Of a DNA stretch of 64,000 nucleotides, positions 44,503-55,487 are shown piece after piece; positions within the stretch are counted from its first letter, which is position 1; each line of letters opens with the position of its first letter. The DNA comes from Candidatus Bathyarchaeota archaeon (GTDB taxonomy: Archaea > Thermoproteota > Bathyarchaeia > Bathyarchaeales > Bathycorpusculaceae). Under the pieces are notes generated by a model. It made no database searches, was not told the origin of the DNA, and saw nothing but the letters and a program-made list of their open reading frames with translations. The stretch lies in contig CAVZJV010000014.1 in NCBI GenBank assembly GCA_963775685.1, positions 288,001 through 352,000 of the forward strand, read 5' to 3'. Position numbers and translations under genes: made by a program.

Positions 44503-44948
44503 GATAACAGCAACCCAGCTTGTTTTAAAAACTCCAATATTTCCTGTTGCGTTTTGTTTTTGAAGTGGATTTTTAAGTGGATAGGGTCATTTTGAGAAAA
44601 CCTAAGTGCTCCCAAGAATGCTGATTGCTTATCAAACCGCAAGTACAAGTTGACTTTTTCCAGATGCAGTTCAATGTTGCGACCAAGTTCTTCTTTATCC
44701 AATGATCCCAAACCTGAACCAATTTTTTCTAAAGCATTTGGTAGACTTTTTTTGTCTTCTAGTTTAGCGGTAAAAAGGATAATGGGGTTTCCGTGATGCC
44801 CCGTACAACTGGTTTTTTCGAAAACAAGGGGTTCCGCCAACTCCGTCGTAAGGATGTTGCGTACGGCGGTTTGGACTTTGGTAGGGTCTTCGGTTGCATG
44901 TGCGAAGACTCGTAGGTCTATGTAGGCGATTGGTAGTTTAGCTGACAT
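44499..44948 (-). CDS. RNA-binding protein of the exosome/RNase P superoperon
   Basis: HATEDPTKV, GHHGNPI, YLRFDKQ. Confidence 0.88.
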   Translation of the reverse strand: MSAKLPIAYIDLRVFAHATEDPTKVQTAVRNILTTELAEPLVFEKTSCTGHHGNPIILFTAKLEDKKSLPNALEKIGSGLGSLDKEELGRNIELHLEKVNLYLRFDKQSAFLGALRFSQNDPIHLKIHFKNKTQQEILEFLKQAGLLLS

Positions 44949-44981
44949 CAGGCACCGATTTGTGTTCACCGGGGTTGGCTT

Positions 44982-45185
44982 TTAGCTTTTTGGTTTAGCG
45001 TGGGCTTTTATGCAATCCACGTTGGCTTGATGGGTGGATTTACGTTTAACGTCGATGCGTATGCCTAGTTTTTTGGCTTGCTGCTTGTTTACTCCTGCTT
45101 CTTTGAGTTCGTTTGGGCTAAAGCCTTTGCGTCCAGTGCTTTGCTTGCCGTTTTGTTTGGTTATGACTGGTTTTATGTGATGCAT
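44982..45185 (-). CDS. rpl13e: 50S ribosomal protein L13e
   Basis: GRKGFSPNELKEAG..LGIRIDVKRKS. Confidence 0.85.
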   Translation of the reverse strand: MHHIKPVITKQNGKQSTGRKGFSPNELKEAGVNKQQAKKLGIRIDVKRKSTHQANVDCIKAHAKPKS

Positions 45186-45806
45186 TTATTTGCCTCCTTT
45201 TTGCTGTTTGTCGCCGTGGCGTCCTGTGTTGCCGAATTTATGGCTTGGGCGCAATTTTTCTGTTCCTCTGCCGCGATGGTGGAGTCCTCGGACGTTTTTG
45301 CCTGCGCTGGTCATGCTGCGGAAGACTCTGCTAGTATGCTGTGGTTCAGTTATCCAGCTGACATCTTTATCAGTTTTGATGGTTGGTGCGTTGGGGTCGA
45401 CAAGTATAACTTCGAACCATTTGTGTTTGCCGTCTTCGCCAACCCAGTAGCTGTTTAAAACTTCCAAGTTAGGGAATCGTTTGGCGGTTCGTTCCTCTGC
45501 GATTAATCGGATACTTTTTCCCGGTTTAAACTTGGCGACTCCCATGCGTTTGGGTCGTCGTCCTGATCGGGGACGTAGTTTTCTTAATCCGCCTCTGCGG
45601 ACTTTTGTTCGGGCAACTACGAAGCCTTGTTTGGCTTTGTAGCCTAGTTTTCGTGCGCGATCGAGTCTTGTAGGGTGCTCGATGCGCAGAACGGTTGGTT
45701 GTTTACGCCACTGCACTAAGCGTTGGCGCATGAGTTCTTCAACGAAGCTTTTTTCGGGCTGAGCCCATTCTTCGGCTATGTATTTGTATGCCATATCTTT
45801 TTTCAT
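45186..45806 (-). CDS. rpl15e: 50S ribosomal protein L15e
   Basis: [31 protein letters not shown]. Confidence 0.97.
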   Translation of the reverse strand: MKKDMAYKYIAEEWAQPEKSFVEELMRQRLVQWRKQPTVLRIEHPTRLDRARKLGYKAKQGFVVARTKVRRGGLRKLRPRSGRRPKRMGVAKFKPGKSIRLIAEERTAKRFPNLEVLNSYWVGEDGKHKWFEVILVDPNAPTIKTDKDVSWITEPQHTSRVFRSMTSAGKNVRGLHHRGRGTEKLRPSHKFGNTGRHGDKQQKGGK

Positions 45807-45819
45807 CCTATCTGTATTG

Positions 45820-45880
45820 TTTGCTTACGGTTCAGTCCCGGAGGACCACATCCCAACGGACTATGTTTGTCCGCCTGCAA
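45820..45880 (-). promoter_or_regulatory. Structured rpl15e 5' leader (candidate eL15 r-leader)
   Basis: Hairpins GCGGAC-aaacata-GTCCGT and GTCC-tccg-GGAC, the second flanked by GGGATG and TGAACC; BRE/TATA-like AGAAAAGGTTTATTT at 45906-45920. Confidence 0.6.
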
Positions 45881-45945
45881 TTTCACATCATAGTGCCCTT
45901 GAATGAAATAAACCTTTTCTATGATATTTCTAACATTTTCTAGCG

Positions 45946-47175
45946 CTATTTGGGTTTCCGGAACAGTCTAAAGCCCTCAATATCGCAAACGTATTCGAAG
46001 CCGGCTTCAACAAGTTTTACTGCTTCGTCGACTGAGGCTGCTGTTGCTGAGTAGTAACGGTCTGAATCAAAGTTTATCAAGTGAGTGTAGACAGTCGTTG
46101 TTAGGATGTTCTTGTGGCCTAATCTTTCCTGGACGTGTAGAAGCGATTTTGTTTTATGATACTCGTTTGTTGCAAACCAATGTCGAAAGGTATGGAAGGT
46201 AATTCGGTTGAGGTTGGGATTCTGCATTTTAGCCGCTACTCTTCGTCTAAGCGCTCTAAAGGAACTGCTGAAGTGCATCAGGCCGAATGGGTTTGGCGGT
46301 TCACTTTGAAAGATGTAATTCTTCGATATTTTGGGCAATGAATTGATGGTTGCAGTTAACTTGGCGCTTACTTTAAACATCCTGGGCGTTCCATGCTTTA
46401 GAGTCTCGTTAAGGGTGATTGCGTTTCTTTCAAAGTCTATGTCTTTCCACTGGAGAAACCAGGCTTCGCTAGAGCGCATTCCTGTTTCCTTCAAGATTAG
46501 CAGGTAGGCTGATTGTTTGCTGTAGGCCGCGTTGATTAAGCAATCTATTTCTTTCTCGGTTGGAACGTAGGGTATTTTTCGTTCAACCTGGTATCTTGGG
46601 GCTTTCCAGGTTCCGCCTACAATGCTTAGGTATTTGCTGTAGGATGCAACGGCTAAGGCTCTGGTTGCTTGGCTCCATTTTTTCTTAAAGATTGTTGCCT
46701 TTACTGATTCAGGATCCAGCAGGTTGGCGCCGGCGCTCTCTAATCTTTCCAGGTAACGAACATACAGTTTGGCTGAGTTTTCGTGTCTTCCATCGTTTTC
46801 TAAGGCACTTAGGAACTTTATGAATCGTCCTCTGCTTTGCTGAGTTATCTCTTTATCTCCCGCAACAGTTTTGATTTCTGTTGTGGAATCCAAGTTTTTC
46901 GTCTCCTCGACGCATATTTGGCGATTATAAGGTAAGGCTACTACAGTATTTAATGACGATGACGAATTTTTTGGTAATGGTTGCCCCGAGAAACGGAATC
47001 CACAAGATCGGCAAACCCAACGCTGAATTACATCACCCTTGTGATAACGAAGGCCATTACGCCAAATTTTGGCGGATCCGCAGCTGGGGCAGTTGGGAAT
47101 TTGCGAGCTGGCGCCGGCGGATATGCTGCCATCCGATTTACCTATATTAGTACTGCGACTGAGAGCCTCAACCAT
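45946..47175 (-). CDS. Intact tyrosine integrase with N-terminal Zn ribbon
   Basis: CPSCG..QRWVCRSC; ETGMR, KHG, HTFRH, LGH, VYTH. Confidence 0.93.
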   Translation of the reverse strand: MVEALSRSTNIGKSDGSISAGASSQIPNCPSCGSAKIWRNGLRYHKGDVIQRWVCRSCGFRFSGQPLPKNSSSSLNTVVALPYNRQICVEETKNLDSTTEIKTVAGDKEITQQSRGRFIKFLSALENDGRHENSAKLYVRYLERLESAGANLLDPESVKATIFKKKWSQATRALAVASYSKYLSIVGGTWKAPRYQVERKIPYVPTEKEIDCLINAAYSKQSAYLLILKETGMRSSEAWFLQWKDIDFERNAITLNETLKHGTPRMFKVSAKLTATINSLPKISKNYIFQSEPPNPFGLMHFSSSFRALRRRVAAKMQNPNLNRITFHTFRHWFATNEYHKTKSLLHVQERLGHKNILTTTVYTHLINFDSDRYYSATAASVDEAVKLVEAGFEYVCDIEGFRLFRKPK

Positions 47176-47178
47176 ACC

Positions 47179-47508
47179 TCAAGAAAACCTCCAGGTGCCT
47201 CTTTTCTCGTAAAATCTCGTAAATTTCTTTAAGTAACGATTCAACAGTTGCAGGGGTGCCTCTTTTATGCAAAAATGTGCAAAATTCTTCAAGTTACGAT
47301 TCTCGTAAGTGATAGGGTACCCTTGTTTCTGACAAAAACTGACAATTTCTAGGAAAGACAGTTTATAGTGACTATTGTCTTGATTTTGCTGAATCTTTCT
47401 TTTAAGCCGAAAGTAAGCTACTCGGTGTCGAGTGCTGCAGAATAAGGCCTTAGGGTTTTTGGGGGTGAAGGCCTGTTTGCAGAAACAACAACGTCTTTCT
47501 TGAATCAC
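47179..47508 (-). CDS. Zn-finger DNA-binding protein
   Basis: CCFCKQAFTP..FCSTRHRVAYFR. Confidence 0.6.
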   Translation of the reverse strand: MIQERRCCFCKQAFTPKNPKALFCSTRHRVAYFRLKRKIQQNQDNSHYKLSFLEIVSFCQKQGYPITYENRNLKNFAHFCIKEAPLQLLNRYLKKFTRFYEKRGTWRFS

Positions 47509-49050
47509 CTAAGAAACCTCCTTGAAGCCAGAACAACCAAGGGGTTTTTCGGTTGTTTCGTTTACTTTACAGTAAAAAGGACATGGTACTCTCTGGTAGT
47601 TCTCGCATACTTCAATACAATAATATGTGTGTGAAGGGGCGGGGTACACTTTTTCTTGATCGGGACTATTTTTATTTACTACCCCCACCTGCTCACACAC
47701 ATATCTCATAATTCTTTTATCAGAAGGATCGGGTTGTTCAATGATTAACCCAGCCGTTTCTAAGGTATCTATAAACGCTTTTGCTTTTTCTCGACCTATA
47801 AATTTGCGGAAAGCCTGGAAGTACATTGTTTGAAAGTCTTTTCGGGTGAACCCTTCAGAGTTTTCTTGCATTTTAGTTTTGAATGAGTTAAAAACTGTGT
47901 AGACTTCTGGGGGAATGCCTAACTCGTTTGCCTCTGCAACTGTGTTATAATATTTGAAGCCTATTTCAACGTCTCTAAGTTGTACTGTTAGGGCTGTTAT
48001 TGGATCTGTTTCAAGAGTGCCTGTTTTATCCTTGTAAAATTCGGAGTGCCAGTTGCGATTATAGAAATTTAGCAGAGTATACCCTTTTATGATGTTTACT
48101 AATCTGCCAATGTCGCGTTGGTTTCTTGCTTGAAGTATTGGGTGGCTTTCGATAAATTTATCGTAAATTAGAGATTGAAGTTCTTCAGGAACCACAATTT
48201 GATTAATTTTTGCCTTCCTTATGTTGTCAATTCGGGCTGCTAACTTTGTTCTTTCACTATTTTTAGATATTTCTCTTTTGTATGAATACCGGTTGCCATC
48301 TTTGTGGATTTTTAAAGCAATTGTCTCTCTTAATTTGTCCTGAGTGACTTCAGGGCTGAGAAGTAGTAACCTAGTCTTTTCTTGTTCATCTTGCTTGTAG
48401 TTTGCAGAGCAAAAAACGACGGTTGGGTAGCCTTCTATGACAATATTCTCTGAGCGGTTACCGGATTTCTCGCTTCTGTTAGTGATTTTCATTGTTATCT
48501 GTTTTTGGTCGTGGCTTAGAAGTGGCCGTAAATTCTCCAAGAGTTTGGCATGTGGTTGATCTAAGAAAATTATGATTTTTTGATGTAAGTTAATATAGCG
48601 AATTTTGCGCTTTTTCTCGGGTTCTAAATCTCTTTTGTCTTCTGGATCGGGTAATAATGTCCCGTATTCATGGAAAAAAGCTGTTGGGCTGCAATATCCG
48701 ACTATCATTAAATCTAATTGTGGAAAATAGCCCGTACCTATTTCGATTGGCAGATAGCTTTTTCCTGTTGAACTTCCAGCTAAAAACCCTAGGTTTGCCT
48801 GGTCCTCGTCTGTATAGTTGCATAGTAAATTAAGAAAAGTGATAACTTTGTTTGTGTTATCATGCTTGACTGTTGAACCTAAAATCTGGATTATTTCCTC
48901 GTCTGTTATCTCCTTTTGATCTGTTAGAAGTTTCATTGTTTTATAGAAATCTTGGCGCACTTCGTTGTTTTTGCATTTGTCGCATAAATTGCCTTTCTGG
49001 GTAATATCGTCTAGATCTTGAATTTCTTCATTGCAGCTTACGCATTTCAT
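47509..49050 (-). CDS. P-loop ATPase, putative replicative helicase, with Cys clusters and a C-terminal wHTH
   Basis: CVSC..CDKC, AGSSTGKS Walker A, IIIFLDQ Walker B, LRPLLS, TRLLLL. Confidence 0.75.
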   Translation of the reverse strand: MKCVSCNEEIQDLDDITQKGNLCDKCKNNEVRQDFYKTMKLLTDQKEITDEEIIQILGSTVKHDNTNKVITFLNLLCNYTDEDQANLGFLAGSSTGKSYLPIEIGTGYFPQLDLMIVGYCSPTAFFHEYGTLLPDPEDKRDLEPEKKRKIRYINLHQKIIIFLDQPHAKLLENLRPLLSHDQKQITMKITNRSEKSGNRSENIVIEGYPTVVFCSANYKQDEQEKTRLLLLSPEVTQDKLRETIALKIHKDGNRYSYKREISKNSERTKLAARIDNIRKAKINQIVVPEELQSLIYDKFIESHPILQARNQRDIGRLVNIIKGYTLLNFYNRNWHSEFYKDKTGTLETDPITALTVQLRDVEIGFKYYNTVAEANELGIPPEVYTVFNSFKTKMQENSEGFTRKDFQTMYFQAFRKFIGREKAKAFIDTLETAGLIIEQPDPSDKRIMRYVCEQVGVVNKNSPDQEKVYPAPSHTYYCIEVCENYQRVPCPFYCKVNETTEKPLGCSGFKEVS

Positions 49051-49063
49051 GGCTGGGCGGTTC

Positions 49064-49282
49064 CTAGAAATTTAGTAGTTCCGGAGTTGAAGATTGGGTG
49101 TTTTGGTTAAACTTGCAGATGTCTGCCTGGGAAATCTTCTTTTGTAGAAGGGCTGAAAGTGCTTTCCTGCTAACTAATCCGATGAAAACACGTTGTCCCT
49201 TGTCGTCCAGAGCATAGACATGGAAGCTTCGCCCTGAGTGGCTGGACTTTAAAAGTCCGGTTAAATAGAAGCGATTTGACAT
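49064..49282 (-). CDS. Small hypothetical element protein
   Basis: 72-aa ORF within the operon, GGTGA upstream. Confidence 0.55.
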   Translation of the reverse strand: MSNRFYLTGLLKSSHSGRSFHVYALDDKGQRVFIGLVSRKALSALLQKKISQADICKFNQNTQSSTPELLNF

Positions 49283-49400
49283 GGCTCTTCACCTTTTTTG
49301 GGGCTGCTGCAGGCTTTGTTTGAGGCCGATACTGAAAGTTCCCTTAAGACATCTGCCCACCCCGGCCTCACAGTCGACGCATTTCTCTCGGTCGTCCTGG

Positions 49401-49589
49401 CTACTCAAAAGAAGCCTCCGGAGCCACTTTTTTCTCTATAAGCGGCTTGATTATAATCAAGCCGTCAATGTCCATTAGTACTGCTTTCAGTTTTTGGCCG
49501 GTTTCCTTTTCAATCAGATTTATCCATGAGGCTGGCAAAGTGACGCCGCGAGAGCCCCCGTGACCTGTAATCTTTCTTACAATTGGCAT
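49401..49589 (-). CDS. AbrB/SpoVT-like regulator
   Basis: RKITGHGGSRGVTLPASW..LIIIKP. Confidence 0.8.
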   Translation of the reverse strand: MPIVRKITGHGGSRGVTLPASWINLIEKETGQKLKAVLMDIDGLIIIKPLIEKKVAPEASFE

Positions 49590-49654
49590 GGTTACTAAAG
49601 AGATATTAAATACATATTAGCTATCAAGTTGTAAGTAACTTCAAGTGTACCTAC

Positions 49655-50527
49655 ATGCAAGTGCAGAGCAATAAAATTAAAAACAATCTACAGCTAGATA
49701 TCTTACTAACTTTGATGGAAGCGCCAAATTATCGACTTCAAAGTAACCAGATTATGAAAACCTTACGTGATAAGTATATTCCGAAACCATATTGTGACGG
49801 TGCTTTTGATGTGGCTTTTTCGAGAGCAAAAAAAGCATTAGTCTCAGAAGGATTCCTTCATAGAGAAAATCGCGGCCACCAACAAATCTTCTATAATCTC
49901 ACTAAAAAAGGCCAAAAAGAATGTGTGAGTGGCAGTTTAGAAGCCGTTCAACAGAGTATTAAGAATCTTGAGCAGCTTATGTCTATATTTCTTTCTAATC
50001 CAGCTCGCCTTGAAGAATGGTTCCAAACAGGAGAAGACATATTTTATAAAGAGACTGTTGGGGCGGCTCAGAATAAGCCTGAAACTTTTTCTAAAGATTT
50101 TCGTGGGGCTTATTCCAAATACATAGCTAGAGGTGTGGAAATTTGGAGACCTATTTTTAATTCTATGTTTAAATTACATGAAATATTGGTCAAGTTTAGA
50201 GCTCAACTAAAAGAAACTCAAACCAATGAATGCAGTCAATTTGTCACAGTAATCGACCGCAATAATAATGAGCCATTAATAATACCCTCAAGACTGCTAG
50301 AAGGAATTGATTTTAAGGAGCTTAACATTATTGGCTACGACAAATTCCCAGAGGACAGAAGAATCCAGTGGATCGGGCAAGATCCTAAAATTTTGCAACA
50401 GAAAAATGCTTACTACGTACCTCCGGTCTCGACTTCAATGATCTCATTAAAAAATGTTTACCAAGAGCATTGGCTTCGAACACAAGAAGAGAAGTTAACC
50501 AAAGAGGAGTTAACTGAGGAAAAATAG
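49655..50527 (+). CDS. Winged-helix regulator, divergent from AbrB
   Basis: ILLTL..FSRAKKALVSEGFL..FYNLTKKG. Confidence 0.65.
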   Translation: MQVQSNKIKNNLQLDILLTLMEAPNYRLQSNQIMKTLRDKYIPKPYCDGAFDVAFSRAKKALVSEGFLHRENRGHQQIFYNLTKKGQKECVSGSLEAVQQSIKNLEQLMSIFLSNPARLEEWFQTGEDIFYKETVGAAQNKPETFSKDFRGAYSKYIARGVEIWRPIFNSMFKLHEILVKFRAQLKETQTNECSQFVTVIDRNNNEPLIIPSRLLEGIDFKELNIIGYDKFPEDRRIQWIGQDPKILQQKNAYYVPPVSTSMISLKNVYQEHWLRTQEEKLTKEELTEEK

Positions 50528-50695
50528 AGTTGTTGGAACGCGCCATAAAGATATTGGCCGGGCCCTGGAGGTTACAGTTGACTCAGTAGAGCTTACTTAG
50601 CGGAATTCAATTATAAAATTTAGCGCCAGATTTCCTTAAAACATTTACTCAGCGAATTGCACAGTAACATCAGCAACTGATAGCGTAAGCAGTTC

Positions 50696-51055
50696 TTGAT
50701 ATTTTCGCATCAAGTAAAATCCATTTGTCGTTGTAGAGTAGAATTTTTGTTCTCGCAGACGCTATCTTCTCTGGGGTTTGATGTGCAGCTGCTGGGAAGC
50801 CAACATTACGTTAAACAAAAGCTGGATACTTTGGATACTAAGCAACTATGTAGTGTTCGCGAGGTTTTGCTTAAGAATCCGCAGCCACGCCTGAAAAAAG
50901 AAGTGACATCTAGTAGACATATGCCTTATGGAATAACTGCAGATTATGTTAAATACGTTGAAGCTGCTGACTCTGAGAAATTAGCCAAATTAATTAAGAC
51001 TGTTGCGCTGCTACTTCAAACGAAGGTTTACCTGTTTTGGAAGAAAATTAGTTGA
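50696..51055 (+). CDS. Hypothetical protein
   Basis: 119-aa ORF only. Confidence 0.4.
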   Translation: MIFSHQVKSICRCRVEFLFSQTLSSLGFDVQLLGSQHYVKQKLDTLDTKQLCSVREVLLKNPQPRLKKEVTSSRHMPYGITADYVKYVEAADSEKLAKLIKTVALLLQTKVYLFWKKIS

Positions 51056-51586
51056 GTTTTAATGTTGCAGCCGCAGGTCCACATCCTAGCGGGTCGCCCC
51101 CCCCCAAAAAACGAATTTATCCTGCAAACAACAAATCTGCCTTTTCTTTTTTCTATTCAACGGCTATTTTTTTTTGAAGTTAAGAATTCAGAATTGGCTT
51201 TTGTCGTTATGATATTTTTCGGTATTCCTTCATTTTAATAAGAAACATCAAAAGAAAAGACAGAACAGCAGCCTTCAAAGAAGCATCTTGCCCAGCATAA
51301 ATGTAAGCGGAAATACCGTTATACCGCTACTATAAAGCTATCGAGCATTTGATCGCACAAAATACTAATCTCTGGCTTGTTCCTAGAGGAATATGCAGAG
51401 TTTAAGAACGCGCATTATCTTCTTCAATCTGCCGTTTAAAAGCCTACTCAATCGCTTCTCAGCGTTAATACCTTTTAGTTTTTTCGATTCCGTCCCACTT
51501 CTTTGTTCTGACGTGATTATTTTGGTTTCATTGAATTTTTACTCTACGATTTAGTAGATGGATATATTAGTTATCGCTGTCTTTGG

Positions 51587-51659
51587 TTTTAAGGCCAGTA
51601 GAACGGTTATGGTAAGTGGGTAACCGAATGACGGTAATTGGGAGGTAACTGAAAGTGAA
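51587..51659 (+). repeat. 73-bp direct repeat, copy 1
   Basis: 67/73 identical to 55952-56024. Confidence 0.92.
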
Positions 51660-51818
51660 GTGTTCATTCGCTTGCTAAATGGTACTTTGACTATTTTCCT
51701 TACAAAAGAAGCAGAGGAGTTCAAGTCAAGTATTCTTTACTACACTCAGTCAAGAAATCTTAACGGAAAGCATTAAAATGACTGTCTTATAAAGTAATTT
51801 CAAGGTTGAAAAAAAACA

Positions 51819-53053
51819 ATGAAGAAATTAACGCCCTTATTAATAGCCATTATTCTGACTGGAATCGTGATTGGCAGCATCCGTCTAGAAATTTGTTCAG
51901 ACATCCACACCAGTCAACGGCATAATCACTCAAAATACCACATGGACAAAAACAAACAACCCTTATATTCTTACAGGTCCAGTGCTTGTTAGCCATAATA
52001 CGACCTTAACAATTGAGCATGGCGTCATAGTAAACCTCAATAGTTATTACATCCAAGTGGATGGAACAATACAAGCAATGGGAGCTAACGATGATCCAAT
52101 TTATTTTAATGGAAATAACCAATTCCCAGATTATGGCATCGTTTTCACATCATTAAGTAACGATTGGAATGAGACAACGAATGCAGGTTCAATAATAGAA
52201 AATTCCGTTCTTAACATAATCGCGATAGAAATAAATGGTACATCTCCAAAAATTGATAGAAATTCAATCAATGGGTACATAAACGCACATGTAACTGCAT
52301 CACCGATTATAACGAATAACGTTATCTTTGCTGGAAAAAATTATCAAACAGCAATAACGGGCGGGTTTTCATCGTTAATTTCGAATAACACCATAAAAAG
52401 CAATCATAATATAGCAATATTGGCTTATGATTCATTCGACAATTTCAAATAATACTATAGAAGGAAGTAGGCAGAAGGGAATTAACGCTCATGCAAGCAC
52501 CTTATACAATAAGAAGATTTACAATTGCTCGGTATGGGGTATTTCGTCTGATTCAGGAGTAATCCGAAATAATATTGTCGCCGATTCTAACCAGGCTATA
52601 GTTACTTCAGGGTTTGATAACATTTTTAATAATACCCTTAGAAACAATTCAATTGCAGTTTATGCATACAATTTTCCTTCTACCATTACCTATAACAACA
52701 TAGAAAACAGTACTCAATACTTTATCAAACTTGATACTACTGAAAAGTATATGGTAAATGCAACATATAATTGGTGGGGAACAACAGATCAACAAGCAAT
52801 AAACCAGTCGATATACGATTCTAAATATGACTTTAACTTGGGCACAGTGAGTTTCATTCCTTTTTTAACTTCGGCTAACCTTCAAGCAATGCCTGACATA
52901 AACGCTCCAACTCCAACACCAAACCCGTCATTTTCTCCATCACCTGCTCCATCCGTTCCAGAGTTTTCATCTGTCATCATAATAGTTACAATAATCATGC
53001 TTGATAGCGGCAATAACAACAATAGTACTCACGAAGGAGATTGTTTATTTTAA
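51819..53053 (+). pseudogene. Secreted right-handed beta-helix surface protein with a PEF-CTERM-like tail, frameshifted
   Basis: Signal peptide MKKLTPL..; ISNNTI repeats; NATYNWWGT; P/S linker then VPEFSS and a hydrophobic stretch. Confidence 0.75.
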
Positions 53054-53256
53054 CAAAAATCCTAAAAAATATAGAAGGGTCAAGCAAGTTTTTTAGGACT
53101 TGCTTTTATTCTTTTTAGTTTTGCTTTTACAAGTCAGCGTTCTCATCTGTCATTATCGTCTTTATGACAGTATTTAAGTTGTGATCATCATATCATTGAT
53201 ACGGATGTTCAACATTCCGACTTGTTGGGTTGTTGGGGAAAAATCTTTTTGATTCA

Positions 53257-54421
53257 TTAGACACGATTTTCACGCCTCAGGTTCATTTTTCCTTTAGATA
53301 ACTTAGTTCTGATTTAAGATCAGCGATTTGCTATCTTTAAGCTATCAATTTCTTGTAGGAACTTCTGTTGTATGCTTAGATCCCAACCAATAGATGCACC
53401 CAAAGAGAAGAATCCTTTTTCATCTTGAAGGAATTTCAAGTGAATTTGGGTCATAAATTGGTGACCGTTTTTATCGACCTTTGTTTTTATACGCTCTCAA
53501 GCGATGCAAAGTCATCAATGGAATCAAAGTGTTATGAGGCTTCCGTTGTAAGTGCAAATCTCCAAACAATCTTTATCATCGCCATTCATGGATGAAATTC
53601 ATGCGTAGTATCCTTGAATACCGTTCAGTCGGATTATTAGGATCAGGGTCTAAATACACCATTTCTATCAGTGGGTAACAACTCCTGTGGTCATCGTAAA
53701 GGTTAAAAGCGTGCACAGTCCCTTTGAATTCCATGCCTAACATTAAATCAGGATCAGAAACGTTGTTAAATCGTATGCTACCAAGATCATCCCAATCATT
53801 GGTACTGCTAGGAGTATTCCAGATTATCCGAGAGTAACCGTCTATTGTTATGTTACCTACATTCAAATTTCCTGGTGTAACGCGATTTGCTTTCACTATA
53901 TGCAATGTATCAAAGAAACCGGAAAATTTACTAATGTCGCCTAAACTCGACCCAAGTATTATGTGGTTCATCCCGGTATTGTCATGCCATTCACGTAACG
54001 TATTGTCTGTTGTGAGATAGAAGAGTTGGCCTTTGACGTGAGTTTTGAGGATAGGAATCACCTTGATCAAGATTAGCGGGGATTATTGGACTATCAGAGA
54101 AGTAACAACCAGATCTTGGGCGGATCGATCATACTATTTAAGGCCATAACCGAGTGCTAAAGCACCTTGATTTGAGCTGAGAAACCCACCTGCTGTTATG
54201 TCTTTTTTAATTATTAAGCCTCGGTCGATCGCTATGAGTGGTTCATTATAATTATCTGTACTACGGATAGCGAACAAATTGGCAGTATATTCCGTTGAAT
54301 CGGTGAATCGAATATAGTTTGTCCCTAATTTTCCATCGTTTTGGAATGATCGATTTACAGGTTGCCAAAGACCCTTATTATCGAAACCAAATAGATAGTA
54401 TAGAATGTCATCTTTGCTCAT
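53257..54421 (-). pseudogene. Virus tail-fibre-like gene, fragmented, ending in a coiled coil
   Basis: ORF pieces 54134-54421 and 53576-54070, then ..GFFSLGASIGWDLSIQQKFLQEIDSLK..LKSELSYLKEK. Confidence 0.45.
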
Positions 54422-55372
54422 TTGTGAAAAGTTGCTCTGGCATCTGTATAGTGGCCATTAATTGTTAGCCCACCGAATGTGGGTGATGTTGTAGTTTTCA
54501 GATTGGTTTGATCGGTAAAGTTAGTCATTGAAGGTGTCACAATTGGTATTCTGTCTGTGCTGATTGTTCCGTTTGTAATTAATGAAGCGTCGGCTGTAAG
54601 GTTCTGCAAGGCTCTGCCTGAAGTAATAACTTGTGTACCGCCGACTTGTAGAGTTGCAGAATTAACGTAATCTGCAATTGTAGCGTTTCCATTAACTGCT
54701 AGATCGCCAGTAACAGTAAGATCGCCTCCGGAACTGCCTAGGGGTCCAATGTAGGCGTCGGCGACAACCACATCGTCAACGTATACCGACGAAGGATAAG
54801 TTGATTCTGTCTGACTGTCTTGCGCAACAAAAGCTCTGTTTATGCTGCCCCAATCATCATTGTCGAACCCTGTTGTGTCACTCAAACCATTGTCTTTGAT
54901 TCCATCGATCCACGCTTCCACTGTCCCCGAGGATGCGTTGACAAGAGCCTTCAACTCCAGACAGTACCAAGTGTTTGTTTGAGGCGTATTCACAGACGAA
55001 TACAGCAACGTATACGTGCCACCTTTTAGGTATCCAACAAACCAGTTTTGGCCCATTATTGTAGCGCAATCCAATGCCTAGAACCGTATTGTTCGAAGAG
55101 CCATTGCATAGAAAACCCGAAAGTACACCCTGTCCGCTTGTAGGTAATGTGTCGAAACGTACGTAGAATCTATGATGAACGGTAGTGTAGGTTGAACCCA
55201 GGTCTCTGTAGGCGTCTGCATAGCCGCTACTTGCGGTTAGAGTAAACTTTCCAGCGTACGAGCCAGATTTAACAGTTGTATCTTGCACTTGAGATGTGCC
55301 GTCTTGTACGTAGTTTCCAGTCCAAGAACTAAAGCTTCCGCTCTCAAAGCCGTCACTAAAAATAGTCGTCAA
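54418..55372 (-). pseudogene. Lectin/lyase-like beta-sandwich fused to a fibre-like segment; frameshift near 55075
   Basis: FSDGFESGSFSSW, TWYCLEL..AWIDG, YVDDVVV, GGDLTVTGDLAVNG. Confidence 0.6.
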
Positions 55373-55487
55373 CTGTCATTTCACCTTCCAAGACATCGAC
55401 ACCGTGTATCCGGTTTTAGGCAAGCCTCAAACATAACATTGGCATCATCGCCGGCTCTATTATTTCCAGTTTTTTCTTGTTTTGCAT

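Larger units (their letters stand above)
45946..51092. mobile_element. Integrated plasmid- or satellite-like element (boundaries uncertain)
   Basis: Integrase, Zn protein, P-loop ATPase, AbrB and a divergent wHTH gene. Confidence 0.7.

Noticed and set aside
51066-51100. tRNA 3'-half remnant (GGTCCACATCC)
   Set aside because: The T-stem pairs at only 3 of 5 positions, and no intact tRNA was found by eye in the window.
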